Of a DNA stretch of 64,000 bases, positions 47,505 to 56,979 are shown one piece after another. Below the pieces are notes generated by a model. It was given only the letters and a program-made list of their open reading frames with translations, searched no databases and was not told the DNA's origin. The stretch is from the NCBI GenBank assembly GCA_041749915.1, contig JBGTAJ010000110.1, positions 3,116-67,115 on the forward strand, in the 5' to 3' direction. Made by a program: the position numbers and the translations under genes. Numbering within the stretch: the first letter of the stretch is position 1; each line of letters starts with the position of its first letter. Source of the DNA: Flavobacteriales bacterium. GTDB taxonomy: Bacteria > Bacteroidota > Bacteroidia > Flavobacteriales_F > PHOS-HE28.

Positions 47505-47963
47505 ATGCAGAACGGATCATATCACGACGAACTGGACGAGGCCCCCATCCTGCGTTCGCTGCACCGTGAAGCACCCTTCGTCACGCCTCCCCGGTTCTTC
47601 GATGAGCTTCCTGCACGGGTACAACAGCGGATACTGGAGGAGGCCCGTCCGCGCCCCGCAGCGATATGGTGGACACACGTTCGGATACCTGCAGCTTCCC
47701 TGCTGGCCTTGGTGCTGGTGGCCGCCATCGCGTGGTGGCCACGTTTCGGAACCGTTGAAACGCCGAACGCCATGATCGCGGACATGGAACTACAAGGGAT
47801 CGAGCTTGACCGTCTGGACCTCGATGCGCATGACCTGATGGCGGCCTACGGTGAGGACCCCGACCTGTACTCGGAGGTCGGCCACGGGCTCAACTCCGAT
47901 GAACTGACCGCCTATCTCCTGAATGAAGACCTCTCACTCGACCAACTCATCGAGGAACTATGA
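47505..47963 (+). CDS. putative anti-sigma factor (single-pass membrane protein)
   Basis: The gene immediately follows the ECF sigma gene. It has one TM segment (AASLLALVLVAAIAWW). There is no sequence motif, so the call rests on context. Confidence 0.45.
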   Translation: MQNGSYHDELDEAPILRSLHREAPFVTPPRFFDELPARVQQRILEEARPRPAAIWWTHVRIPAASLLALVLVAAIAWWPRFGTVETPNAMIADMELQGIELDRLDLDAHDLMAAYGEDPDLYSEVGHGLNSDELTAYLLNEDLSLDQLIEEL

Positions 47964-48457
47964 AACAGCTTCTTTCCTTCCTGCTTCCCATGCTGCTCGT
48001 GACATCTGCGCTCACCGTGCACGCGCAGGGCGATGACATGCCCCCATTGAACGATGAGCGCATGCGGGAGATCAAGGCCCAGAAAACAGCCTACCTCACC
48101 ACCAAGCTTGGCCTCACTTCGGAGGAGGCGCAGCGCTTCTGGCCCATCTACAATGAGTATGACGAAGCCCGTGAAACGATCCGCAAGCAGATGCGTGGCC
48201 TGATGCGCCGAAAACAGGACCAGGACAAGCCCCTGACCGATGCCGAGGCCGGGCAGCGATTGACCAAGGGACTCGAGCTCCGCCAGCAGGAACTGGACAT
48301 CGAGCGCACGTACAAGGACCGCTTCGTCAAGTCCATCGGGGCCCTCCGTACGCTGGAGCTTGTGCGGGCCGAGCACGACTTCAACCGGGAGGTGCTGCGT
48401 CGACTGCGCGAACGCTCCGAAGAGCGCGGTGGAGGACGCCCTGTGCCAAAGCAATGA
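47960..48457 (+). CDS. periplasmic Spy/CpxP-like helical protein
   Basis: The signal peptide is MKQLLSFLLPMLLVTSALTVHAQ, followed by a charged helical body. ATGA overlaps occur on both sides. Confidence 0.5.
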   Translation: MKQLLSFLLPMLLVTSALTVHAQGDDMPPLNDERMREIKAQKTAYLTTKLGLTSEEAQRFWPIYNEYDEARETIRKQMRGLMRRKQDQDKPLTDAEAGQRLTKGLELRQQELDIERTYKDRFVKSIGALRTLELVRAEHDFNREVLRRLRERSEERGGGRPVPKQ

Positions 48458-49686
48458 CCCCGTTGCGTTCAGAGCCCGATCTTCGCGCCCTGATGGACGC
48501 CCCCGCGATCGGCCCCCACGGACACCTGGCACAGACCAGTCCCTACCCCCTCTCCCTGGAGGTGGTCCATGCTGAAGGGTGCTGGATCACCACCCGGGAT
48601 GGACGAAAGTACCTTGACCTGGTGGCCGGACTGGCCGTGGCCAACGTGGGCCACCGGCATCCATCGGTGGTCACCGCCATCAAGGACCAATGTGACCGCT
48701 ACCTGCACGTCATCCCCTATGGCGAGTTCATCCAGGGACCGCAGCTCCGGTTCGCGGAGCGCCTCACAGGACTGCTGCCCACCGATCTGGACTGCGTGTA
48801 CTTCGTGAACAGCGGGACGGAGGCCATTGAAGGCGCCCTGAAACTCGCCAAGCGGATCACCGGGCGCACACGACTCGTAGGGTGCAGGAAGAGCTATCAC
48901 GGCAGCACCCATGGCTCCTTGAGCCTGACGGACAATGAGACCAAGAAGTACCGGAACCGACCTCTGCTGCCGGACGTGGCGCACATCACCTTCGGACACC
49001 TGCCCGACCTGGACCTGATCGACACCCGAACGGCGGCCGTGGTCATAGAACCCGTTCAGGGCGATGCCGGGGTGCGCATCCCTTCATCGGAATGGATGAT
49101 CGCCTTGCACGGCCGTTGCCGCAAGACCGGGGCCGTGCTGGTGATGGATGAGGTGCAGACCGGTTTCGGCAGAACGGGCCTGCGTTTCGCCTTTGAACAT
49201 TGGGGCGTGGTGCCGGACATCCTGGTCCTTGGCAAGGCTTTGGGCGGAGGACTTCCCATGGGGGCTTTCGTCAGTTCGATGGAACGGATGGAACTGCTGA
49301 CACACGACCCGGTCCTGGGCCACATCACCACGTTCGGAGGACACCCCCTGCCCTGTGTGGCCGGGCTTGCCGCACTGGATGCCCTTGAACAGGAAGGGCT
49401 GAGTGCGAACGCCCGGGCCATGGGAAGGCTCTTCCACGAGCGGCTCGTTCACCCGGAGATCCGGGAGTTACGGGGGCTGGGATTGATGCTCGCTGTGGAC
49501 CTTGGCGATGCGGAAAAAGTGCAGAGGGTGGTGCATGCCTGTTTGGCGAACGGAGTCCTGGGTTTCTGGTTCCTCTCCTGCCCCACCGCGTTCCGGATCG
49601 CTCCTCCGTTGACCATTCGTTCCGAGGAGGTGGAGCATGCCTGCACCGTCATCCTCCAGGCCTTGGACGGGCTCGGCAAGACCTGA
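48454..49686 (+). CDS. class III (acetylornithine/GABA-type) PLP aminotransferase
   Basis: FVNSGTEAIEGALKLAKR, MDEVQTGFGRTG and LVLGKALGGGLPMGAF (PLP lysine) are present. Confidence 0.88.
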   Translation: MTPLRSEPDLRALMDAPAIGPHGHLAQTSPYPLSLEVVHAEGCWITTRDGRKYLDLVAGLAVANVGHRHPSVVTAIKDQCDRYLHVIPYGEFIQGPQLRFAERLTGLLPTDLDCVYFVNSGTEAIEGALKLAKRITGRTRLVGCRKSYHGSTHGSLSLTDNETKKYRNRPLLPDVAHITFGHLPDLDLIDTRTAAVVIEPVQGDAGVRIPSSEWMIALHGRCRKTGAVLVMDEVQTGFGRTGLRFAFEHWGVVPDILVLGKALGGGLPMGAFVSSMERMELLTHDPVLGHITTFGGHPLPCVAGLAALDALEQEGLSANARAMGRLFHERLVHPEIRELRGLGLMLAVDLGDAEKVQRVVHACLANGVLGFWFLSCPTAFRIAPPLTIRSEEVEHACTVILQALDGLGKT

Positions 49687-49892
49687 TCCTCAGCATTCTA
49701 TACATCCCTGAACTGGCCCCCCACACTTACACGGGGCCGGAAAACCGCCGCTTCCAACGCAACCACCGATGGTCCGGTATACCCCTCCGTTCCTCGACCC
49801 GAATGGGGGCGAACGAACCAATGAATGGTCTTCGGCCTTACTTTAGAGGCCGGCAAATTGAACAAACCGATCCCCTTGCCCCGGAGCACACC

Positions 49893-52652
49893 ATGAAACA
49901 ACTGATACTCGGATTAGCCATCGCCCTGCCGTTCGCTGCCAACGCACAGCAACTGCACTGGTGCCAAGCAGATGAGATGCGCCAGCGTCTGATCGAAAGC
50001 GACCCGACCTACTTGGAGCGGGAAGCTGCCTATGAAGCGGAGATCGTCGAACTGCTCCGCAACAGTGCGGTACAGCGTGACGATGAGACGGTGTACATCA
50101 TCCCCGTTGTCTTCCACGTCATCCATGCTGGTGGCCAGGAGAACCTAACGGATGAACAGATCTTCGCCGAAGTGCAGCAGCTGAACGATGATTACCGCAA
50201 GCTGAACTCTGACCTCGTCGATGCAGTGCCCTATTACCAGCAGATCGCTGGCGACGTAAAGGTGGAGTTCCGCCTGGCCAAGATAGACCCCGATGGGAAC
50301 TGCACAACCGGTATCGACCGGGTTCGCACTCCCGAGACCCTGGTAGGGAACGATGGCTCCAAGTACAACTACTGGCCCCGCAACAAGTACATGAACATCT
50401 GGACAGTTCGCCAGATGGGTGGTGGTGCGGCAGGCTATGCCTACTACCCGAACGCGCTGACCGGCATTTCGCAGGTCGCCGATGGGGTGATCATGCTCAG
50501 CTCTGACGTCGGAGTGAACGGTAATACCCTGACCCACGAGCTGGGCCACTCGTTCAACCTCGCACACACCTGGGGGGCTAACGTGGCCGGTATTGAAGGT
50601 GTGCCCGGATCCAACAACATGGTCACGGTATGCAGCGACGATGGTGTGGAGGATGTGCCACTGACCAAGGGCCACAAGCCCGGTTACTGTCGCCGATTCG
50701 ACCATACCTGCACCATGCAGAATTTCCGTGCATCGGTGATGAACTTCGACGGAATGGTGAACGGTGGCGGAACGACCGACCCCAGCACGATCCCGACCGA
50801 ACTGGACACCTTCTATAATGAGACCGCGGTGGTCGTGACCCCCTTTACCGCTGTCGGTGTGGGTTCCACCAATCTCGCGGACGGTGCATTCGGGTTCAGC
50901 AACTGGGGCACAGGTGCCGTGGATGGCGAGACGGAGTTCGTCAACCTGACCGGAACCCAGGACGTGGCCAAGTATTACGAGTTCAGTATCGACCCGACCC
51001 TGCCATACTCACATCGTCCGGAGTTCATCACGTTCAAGGCTCGGAGGACTGCAAATGGTCCGCGCACATTCGCTGTTCGTGCCAGTCGGACGGGTGCTTT
51101 CGGATCGAACTTCACGGCGTTGAACTCGACGACCGACCCGAATCTCCAGATCCAGGGCCTTACGACCTTCTTCATCAAGAACGATGTGGAGGACGTGATC
51201 AACGGTTGCCGGGTGAACCTGACCGGTCTCTTCTCCAGCGGCGGTATCCTGAACCCGGAGACCGATGAGACCGTGACCATCCGCATCTATGCATGGAACG
51301 CTGAAGAGGAAGGTGGTGCCTTTTTCATTGATTCCCTCGTGTTGGGTGGGACTTACGGACGTATCGAGAACGTGGAGAACTATATGGAATACTCCTATTG
51401 CTCCAAGCAGTTCACCGAAGGCCAGGTGGCCCGCTGGCGCGCCGCTGCAACCTCCGATGTCGGGGACCGTCGTTCCCTCTGGCAGGCTGAGAACCTGATC
51501 GCAACGGGAACCAACGATGGCTATGTGCCAACGTGCCCGCCGAACGCAGATTTCTACGCAGCCCTGTCCACCAACAATATCCCCTATCCTTCCACGGCCT
51601 GTGCCGGAGCATCCATCACCTTCCGTGACAATAGCTCGGGCGGTGCGGCCACCTCATGGAACTGGACCTTCCAAGATGGTACGCCGGCTACCAGTGCACA
51701 GCGGAACCCCACCGTATCCTTCTCGGGTGCGGGCTGGAAGTCGGTGACCCTTACCGCCACCAACGAACATGGTTCCAGCACCAAGGTTCAGGAGTTTGCC
51801 GTGAACATCAGCGAACAGTCCACGAACATGGCTCCGTTCTTTGAGAGCTTCGAGGACAACGAGAACCTCTGGCCTTTCCACGCAGAGAACTATGACAACA
51901 ACCACACCTTCTTCTCGCTATACACGGAAGGCGGTTTCTCCGGGAATGCATGCGCCATGCTGAACAGCGGCGCCCGCAACCAACTAGACCTCATCGATCC
52001 CACCAACGATCTGGACATCGACGACCTGGTATCACCGAGCGTGAACCTCTCCGGTCTCTCGGGTGTGCAGCTGTCCTTCCGTTATTCTTACAGCACCAGT
52101 ACCACTTCGATCGATAACGTCACCGAAAAGCTGGAGGTGGACCGTTCGCTGGACTGCGGCCGTACTTGGATCAATGCTTCAGAGATCACTGGAGAGGAAC
52201 TCGTGACCAATGGCAACAATCCTGAAATGCCACCCACGGCATGGCGCCTGAAGACCATCAGCCTACCGAACTCGACGCTGGGTCCGAACAACCGTTTCCG
52301 CTTCCGTTTCACCAGCAGCGAGTTCTCGAACAACTTCTTCATTGATGACATCAACTTCGGAACTCCGGTGGGGATCATCGACCTGAACGGCAATGTGGTG
52401 TTCATGAACCTCTACCCGAACCCCACCAATGACCACTTCACACTGCAGGTGACGGGCATGGAGGCTTCGAGCACGGAGATCGCCATCACGGACATCCGCG
52501 GTGCAGTGGTCTACCAGAACGTGTACCAGCCCACTGGCGGCGCGCTGATCGAGCTCAGCGGACGAGGCCTAGGCCTCAGCGATGGCATGTACCTTCTGCG
52601 CGCAGCGAACAGCGCCGGCAGCAGTGTGACGAAACTGATCGTCGGACAATAG
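49893..52652 (+). CDS. T9SS-secreted M43 (cytophagalysin/pappalysin-like) zinc metalloprotease with PKD domain
   Basis: The signal peptide is MKQLILGLAIALPFAANAQ. IPVVFHVIH and THELGHSFNLAHTW are present. A PKD-like segment reads ITFRDNSSGGAATSWNWTFQDGTP. The C-terminal sorting domain is NLYPNPTNDHFTLQV...GMYLLRA. Confidence 0.85.
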   Translation: MKQLILGLAIALPFAANAQQLHWCQADEMRQRLIESDPTYLEREAAYEAEIVELLRNSAVQRDDETVYIIPVVFHVIHAGGQENLTDEQIFAEVQQLNDDYRKLNSDLVDAVPYYQQIAGDVKVEFRLAKIDPDGNCTTGIDRVRTPETLVGNDGSKYNYWPRNKYMNIWTVRQMGGGAAGYAYYPNALTGISQVADGVIMLSSDVGVNGNTLTHELGHSFNLAHTWGANVAGIEGVPGSNNMVTVCSDDGVEDVPLTKGHKPGYCRRFDHTCTMQNFRASVMNFDGMVNGGGTTDPSTIPTELDTFYNETAVVVTPFTAVGVGSTNLADGAFGFSNWGTGAVDGETEFVNLTGTQDVAKYYEFSIDPTLPYSHRPEFITFKARRTANGPRTFAVRASRTGAFGSNFTALNSTTDPNLQIQGLTTFFIKNDVEDVINGCRVNLTGLFSSGGILNPETDETVTIRIYAWNAEEEGGAFFIDSLVLGGTYGRIENVENYMEYSYCSKQFTEGQVARWRAAATSDVGDRRSLWQAENLIATGTNDGYVPTCPPNADFYAALSTNNIPYPSTACAGASITFRDNSSGGAATSWNWTFQDGTPATSAQRNPTVSFSGAGWKSVTLTATNEHGSSTKVQEFAVNISEQSTNMAPFFESFEDNENLWPFHAENYDNNHTFFSLYTEGGFSGNACAMLNSGARNQLDLIDPTNDLDIDDLVSPSVNLSGLSGVQLSFRYSYSTSTTSIDNVTEKLEVDRSLDCGRTWINASEITGEELVTNGNNPEMPPTAWRLKTISLPNSTLGPNNRFRFRFTSSEFSNNFFIDDINFGTPVGIIDLNGNVVFMNLYPNPTNDHFTLQVTGMEASSTEIAITDIRGAVVYQNVYQPTGGALIELSGRGLGLSDGMYLLRAANSAGSSVTKLIVGQ

Positions 52653-52670
52653 TCCGGGACCTCATTGATC

Positions 52671-52709
52671 AGGAAGCCCCCGCCGATCAGGCGGGGGCTT
52701 CCTGTTTTT
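52671..52709 (+). terminator. intrinsic terminator after the M43 protease gene
   Basis: AGGAAGCCCCCGCC-gatca-GGCGGGGGCTTCCT forms a 14-bp stem followed by GTTTTT. Confidence 0.75.
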
Positions 52710-52716
52710 CGTCCCT

Positions 52717-53082
52717 TCAGTAGGTGCCTGCGGATAGCATGACCAAGGTGCAGCCCTCCACCACCTCCACCCCCATGGCAGAGGCACGGGTCGCAAATGC
52801 AGGAAGCTCGGTTCCGGGATTGAAGATGATCCGGCGCGGTTCCAAAGCGAGCAGGCGGTCCATCCACGACTCCAGCCCGGCCGGCCCTACATAAAGGGTC
52901 ACGGTGTTTACCGGCCGGCCTTCGGGCAGAACCGTATGGATGGGCGTGTCATCGATCCATCCGGGCCTGAGACCCACAGCCCAAAGCTCTATCCCCGCGC
53001 GCCGAAGGCGCTTCACTACCATGTTCGCATAACGCTCCGGCCGTGGGCTGGCGCCCAGCACCACATGAAGTCCCTGTTCCAT
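52717..53082 (-). CDS. CoA-binding domain protein
   Basis: VVLGASPRPERYANMVVKRL...VNTVTLYVGP...IIFNPGTE matches the small CoA_binding_2 family. Only the last 121 aa of ORF 52717..53457 are used. Confidence 0.8.
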   Translation of the reverse strand: MEQGLHVVLGASPRPERYANMVVKRLRRAGIELWAVGLRPGWIDDTPIHTVLPEGRPVNTVTLYVGPAGLESWMDRLLALEPRRIIFNPGTELPAFATRASAMGVEVVEGCTLVMLSAGTY

Positions 53083-53214
53083 GATGCAAAGGTGGGGGTG
53101 CATCCGCCAACAGGCCCTGTTCATAGTGACGATCGGCTTAACATGGTGTTCACCGCCCGCCAACACACCGATCGCAGCTTTGCATGTGAACATCCACACA
53201 TGCGGAGCAACGTC

Positions 53215-54012
53215 ATGAAACGGCCCATCGATATCCTGGTCCTCTCCGACCTTCACCTGGGCACCTATGGCTGCCGTGCAAAGGAGCTCACCGCCTACCT
53301 GCGCTCGGTGAAGCCACGCATGGTGGTCCTCAACGGGGACATCATCGACATCTGGCAATTCAAGAAGAGCTACTTCCCCAAAAGCCATATGCAGGTATTG
53401 AAGCGACTGCTGAAGATGGCCGGCAAGGTCCCCGTCTATTACATCACGGGCAACCATGACGAGGCCCTTCGGCGCTACAGCCCTGCGTCACTGGGTCAAC
53501 TGCAACTGCTGGACCGCCTGTCATTGAACATCGGGGGCGAGCGCTACTGGTTCTTCCACGGCGACATCTTCGACGCGAGCATGAAGCATGCGAAATGGCT
53601 CGCCAAGTTGGGGGGCTTCGGGTACGACCTGCTGATACGGATCAACACCGTGGTGAACCACGTGCTGTTAGCCCTCGGCAGGCCGCGGATGAGCTTCAGC
53701 AAGCGGGTCAAGAACAGTGTGAAGCGCGCCGTAGCCTACATCGGCGACTTCGAGGAGACCGCCGCCAGCATCGCCGTCCACGAAGGGTTCCAGCACGTGG
53801 TCTGCGGCCACATCCACCAACCGCAGATGCGACGTATCACCACCGCCAAGGGGTCGGTGAACTATATGAACTCCGGTGACTGGATCGAACACATGAGCGC
53901 GCTGGAGTATGTGGACGGGCATTGGAGCCTGTACTTCCATGAACAGAGCCGGCCAGCGGCGGCAAAGACCACCGTATCCAGCAGCGTGGCGAAGGAACTG
54001 GAGTACGCCTAG
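53215..54012 (+). CDS. lpxH: UDP-2,3-diacylglucosamine diphosphatase-like metallophosphoesterase
   Basis: ILVLSDLHLGTYGC, VLNGDIIDIWQF, YITGNHDE and VCGHIHQP are calcineurin-like motifs in the LpxH arrangement. Confidence 0.85.
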   Translation: MKRPIDILVLSDLHLGTYGCRAKELTAYLRSVKPRMVVLNGDIIDIWQFKKSYFPKSHMQVLKRLLKMAGKVPVYYITGNHDEALRRYSPASLGQLQLLDRLSLNIGGERYWFFHGDIFDASMKHAKWLAKLGGFGYDLLIRINTVVNHVLLALGRPRMSFSKRVKNSVKRAVAYIGDFEETAASIAVHEGFQHVVCGHIHQPQMRRITTAKGSVNYMNSGDWIEHMSALEYVDGHWSLYFHEQSRPAAAKTTVSSSVAKELEYA

Positions 54013-54013
54013 T

Positions 54014-55765
54014 TCAGACCTCAGACATGCCTTTGCGCAGGTCCTCCACCGTGCGCTCGGGCAATTTTGTGAGGTCCAGCACCATCAGTCCGTCCAAGGC
54101 ATCATTGAATCGCGGGTCACGGTTGAAGCCGATGATGCGTGCATTGAGCAGGAGGTACTTCTTCAGGAGCACCGGCATCGCGGTCTCCTTCGGGTCCACC
54201 TCCGCGATCAGCCTGTCCATCCGTTTCAGATCGGCCGTGGCCGCCTGCACCAATGTCTCACTGTCCGCCTTCTCCGCCTTTACCTTGAACCGATTGCGGG
54301 GGCTCACGTGTGAAGCCATCTCCTTGTCATAGTGGTGCTGCTGGGCGAACTCCATGATCAGCGCTCTGGAGAATCTGCTGTAGGTGCCACTGATGCTCAC
54401 CGGACCGATCAGATATTGATGGTCCGGATGAGCGGTGATGTGCAGCAACAGGCCGCGCCAGAGCATATACAGAGGCAGTCGCTGGCGTTGGTAATCCACG
54501 GCGATGAACGACCGCCCCAGCTCGAAGCTCCTGCGCAGCACCTTCTCCATATGCCGGTCCATCCGGAACAGCGTGTACGTGTAGAACCCCCGTTTACCAT
54601 AGCGCGACATGATCCGCTTCCCGTCACCGATCCGATAGGCGCCCACTAGTCGGCGTTTCTCACGGTCCCACAGAAAGAGATGATCATAATAGATGTCGAA
54701 TTCGTCCAGATCGATGGGCTTGTTGGTACCCTCACCCACTGCCCGGAAGGTCTCCTCACGCAGGCGACCGATCTCGCGCAGGATGTGCGGGATACGGTGA
54801 CTGCCGGCAAGGTACAGGTCGAACTCGGCCTGCTGGTTAATGAGCAGGTCCGAGATGGAGGCGATCTCGCGCTCCAGTTGAGGGATCTCCTGAGGCTCCA
54901 CAAGCTCCTTGGGCCGGCGCGGAAAGCGCAACGGTGTAAAGAACTCGCGCTTCACCTGCAGGCCACTGCCCAAGGCATAGGTGCGTGCGCGCAGGAAGCG
55001 CGCCAGCTGGTCGGCACTGTTGAACCCGGCGATGTCCTTCACGGGTATCGGCTTCCCGATGCGCATCCGCACAGAGCGGCCACGCATCCGCAGCATCTCG
55101 TTGGGCAATGCGATGGTGCGCAGGTTCGGATGGATCATCCCCAGCATCTGGAACACCAGGCTGTTCGCACCATCGAACCAGATCGGCACCACCGGAACGT
55201 TGGCACGCTGGATCAACTTGATCGCCGGGGTCTTCCATCGTGGGTCGGCGACGGCCTTCAGCTCCGTTCGGAAGCTGCTGACCTCGCCCGCAGGGAACAC
55301 AGCGAGCGCACCGCCCTCGGCAACATGGCCCAAAGCCTGGCGCATGCCTTGGAAGCTGCTGAGCGAGCCCAACTGCTCAAAGGGGTTGACGCCGATGAAC
55401 CGGTGCTTGAGCGGCTCCAGTTGTTGTAAGAGGAAATTCGCCATCACCCGAAGGTCCGGACGCACATGTCCAAGGATGTGCACGAGCGCAAGTCCATCGA
55501 TCGCTCCATAGGGATGATTGGCCACGAAGGCCAAACCGCCTTCAAGCGGGATGTTGTCCAGATCCTTCTGTGAGACCTCGATCTCCAGTTCCAGGTTCCG
55601 GAACACGGCGGCGACGAACTCCAGGTCGTGCAGCGCTTCCACCGAATTGTAGAACCGCTCCAAGCGCTTCAGCCCGCTAACCTCGGTCAGGAGCGAGATC
55701 CGCGGGTCCCCCGGACGCATGTGGCTGGCCTTGGCCAGTTCGAACGGATCCACCAATTTTTTCAT
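54014..55765 (-). CDS. olsF: bifunctional lipid acyltransferase, OlsF-like (PlsC-type O-acyltransferase + OlsB-like GNAT N-acyltransferase)
   Basis: The N-terminal half has FVANHPYGAIDG and VFPAGEVS acyltransferase motifs. The C-terminal half (LREETFRAVGEGTNKPIDLDEFDIYYDHLFLWD...LVGAYRIG...ELGRSFI) is OlsB/hemolysin-like GNAT. The architecture matches OlsF as described in Serratia and Flavobacterium. Confidence 0.7.
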   Translation of the reverse strand: MKKLVDPFELAKASHMRPGDPRISLLTEVSGLKRLERFYNSVEALHDLEFVAAVFRNLELEIEVSQKDLDNIPLEGGLAFVANHPYGAIDGLALVHILGHVRPDLRVMANFLLQQLEPLKHRFIGVNPFEQLGSLSSFQGMRQALGHVAEGGALAVFPAGEVSSFRTELKAVADPRWKTPAIKLIQRANVPVVPIWFDGANSLVFQMLGMIHPNLRTIALPNEMLRMRGRSVRMRIGKPIPVKDIAGFNSADQLARFLRARTYALGSGLQVKREFFTPLRFPRRPKELVEPQEIPQLEREIASISDLLINQQAEFDLYLAGSHRIPHILREIGRLREETFRAVGEGTNKPIDLDEFDIYYDHLFLWDREKRRLVGAYRIGDGKRIMSRYGKRGFYTYTLFRMDRHMEKVLRRSFELGRSFIAVDYQRQRLPLYMLWRGLLLHITAHPDHQYLIGPVSISGTYSRFSRALIMEFAQQHHYDKEMASHVSPRNRFKVKAEKADSETLVQAATADLKRMDRLIAEVDPKETAMPVLLKKYLLLNARIIGFNRDPRFNDALDGLMVLDLTKLPERTVEDLRKGMSEV

Positions 55766-55817
55766 CGCTGCCTTTGGCGAAGGTACCCCGTTCGAGTATG
55801 CGCAGCACTTCCGACCC

Positions 55818-56762
55818 CTAGAGCTCCAGCACTCCCAATATCTCCTCGTTCATGAGCTCCCCGCCAGGGTAGTTGCGCGTGTAGTCGAGGTTGATCCAAT
55901 GCTGGCCATCCGCATCGGTGTGGTGGTAAAGCGGTGCATCGCCGACCTCGCGTGTGAACAGCTTCCTGCGGATCAGGATCGCAGCGCGTTCCAATGCCGC
56001 ATCATCCCCGACCTTCATCTCGGGATACACATGGCCTGTGGTCCGGACCAGACGCACCTCCCCACCAATGGCCTTGATGCTGGCAGCCATCAACAAGGCA
56101 TGGTCATCACAGTCGCCGGCCAGCAGTTCAATGCTTTCAGCAGGTGTGGCGAAATATTCCCCTCCCTTCACATCGGACACGTAGCGCCATTTCGAATTGA
56201 TCTCCTTGAATATCGAGAAGGCCTGCACGAGCGTGTGCTCGCTCTCCATCACCGACACCTCCGTGAAGTGGGCCGTGGCCATCTGAACGGAAGCCTTGCG
56301 CACAGCGGGGTCGGTCACATCCACCAAGGACCTCAGCTTGTCCGCATCATGAAAGGGCTTCAGGCGATCGGCGGCCATGGGCACCCCCGAGGCGGTCTCC
56401 CGAAGATCGCGCAGGAACTGTGCATAGCTGTTGTACAAGGTGGACACCGGATAAAGACCGGTGATGGTGGTGAAGGAGAGGACCAGCAGACCGAGCATCA
56501 GCGCACCGTACATGACATACTGGAAGCGGCGCACCAGCACCACGAAGGCGCCCACCACCGCCACAAAGACCAGCAATTGATCGACCCGGAGACCTTCACC
56601 CAAGGGAAGGACAAGCTCCGGTACGAACGCATCGATGATGATGAACAAGGGCAACGCGAGCAACAAGGCGGTGAGGTAGACGATCACCAGGTGCGCCAAG
56701 CGGTGCGCGAACGGGTTCTCCCGCTGCCCATCCCCTGTCAACTTCGCATTCCGCTCTTCCAT
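55818..56762 (-). CDS. transglutaminase-like cysteine protease-fold membrane protein
   Basis: There are three N-terminal TM segments. The catalytic-type motifs are LLAGDCDDHALLMAA and TGHVYPE. The ATG at 56762 is preferred over the TTG at 56798. Confidence 0.7.
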   Translation of the reverse strand: MEERNAKLTGDGQRENPFAHRLAHLVIVYLTALLLALPLFIIIDAFVPELVLPLGEGLRVDQLLVFVAVVGAFVVLVRRFQYVMYGALMLGLLVLSFTTITGLYPVSTLYNSYAQFLRDLRETASGVPMAADRLKPFHDADKLRSLVDVTDPAVRKASVQMATAHFTEVSVMESEHTLVQAFSIFKEINSKWRYVSDVKGGEYFATPAESIELLAGDCDDHALLMAASIKAIGGEVRLVRTTGHVYPEMKVGDDAALERAAILIRRKLFTREVGDAPLYHHTDADGQHWINLDYTRNYPGGELMNEEILGVLEL

Positions 56763-56979
56763 GGTCGCTTCAGGGCATGAGGCCCCGCCCTCCTGCAACG
56801 TGATACGCGAAGGAAGTGCCAGGGTTCATCATCCCCGACCCTGATGACCTTCCGTTAACACAGTTTAACGCGACCAAGCCCCATTCTGAACCCCTTGACA
56901 GCAAAGGGATACAGTGCATATCCAAGCTTCACACGAGACCACGTGGACAGAACGGGGCGGTGCAAACTTGCACCGTCCG

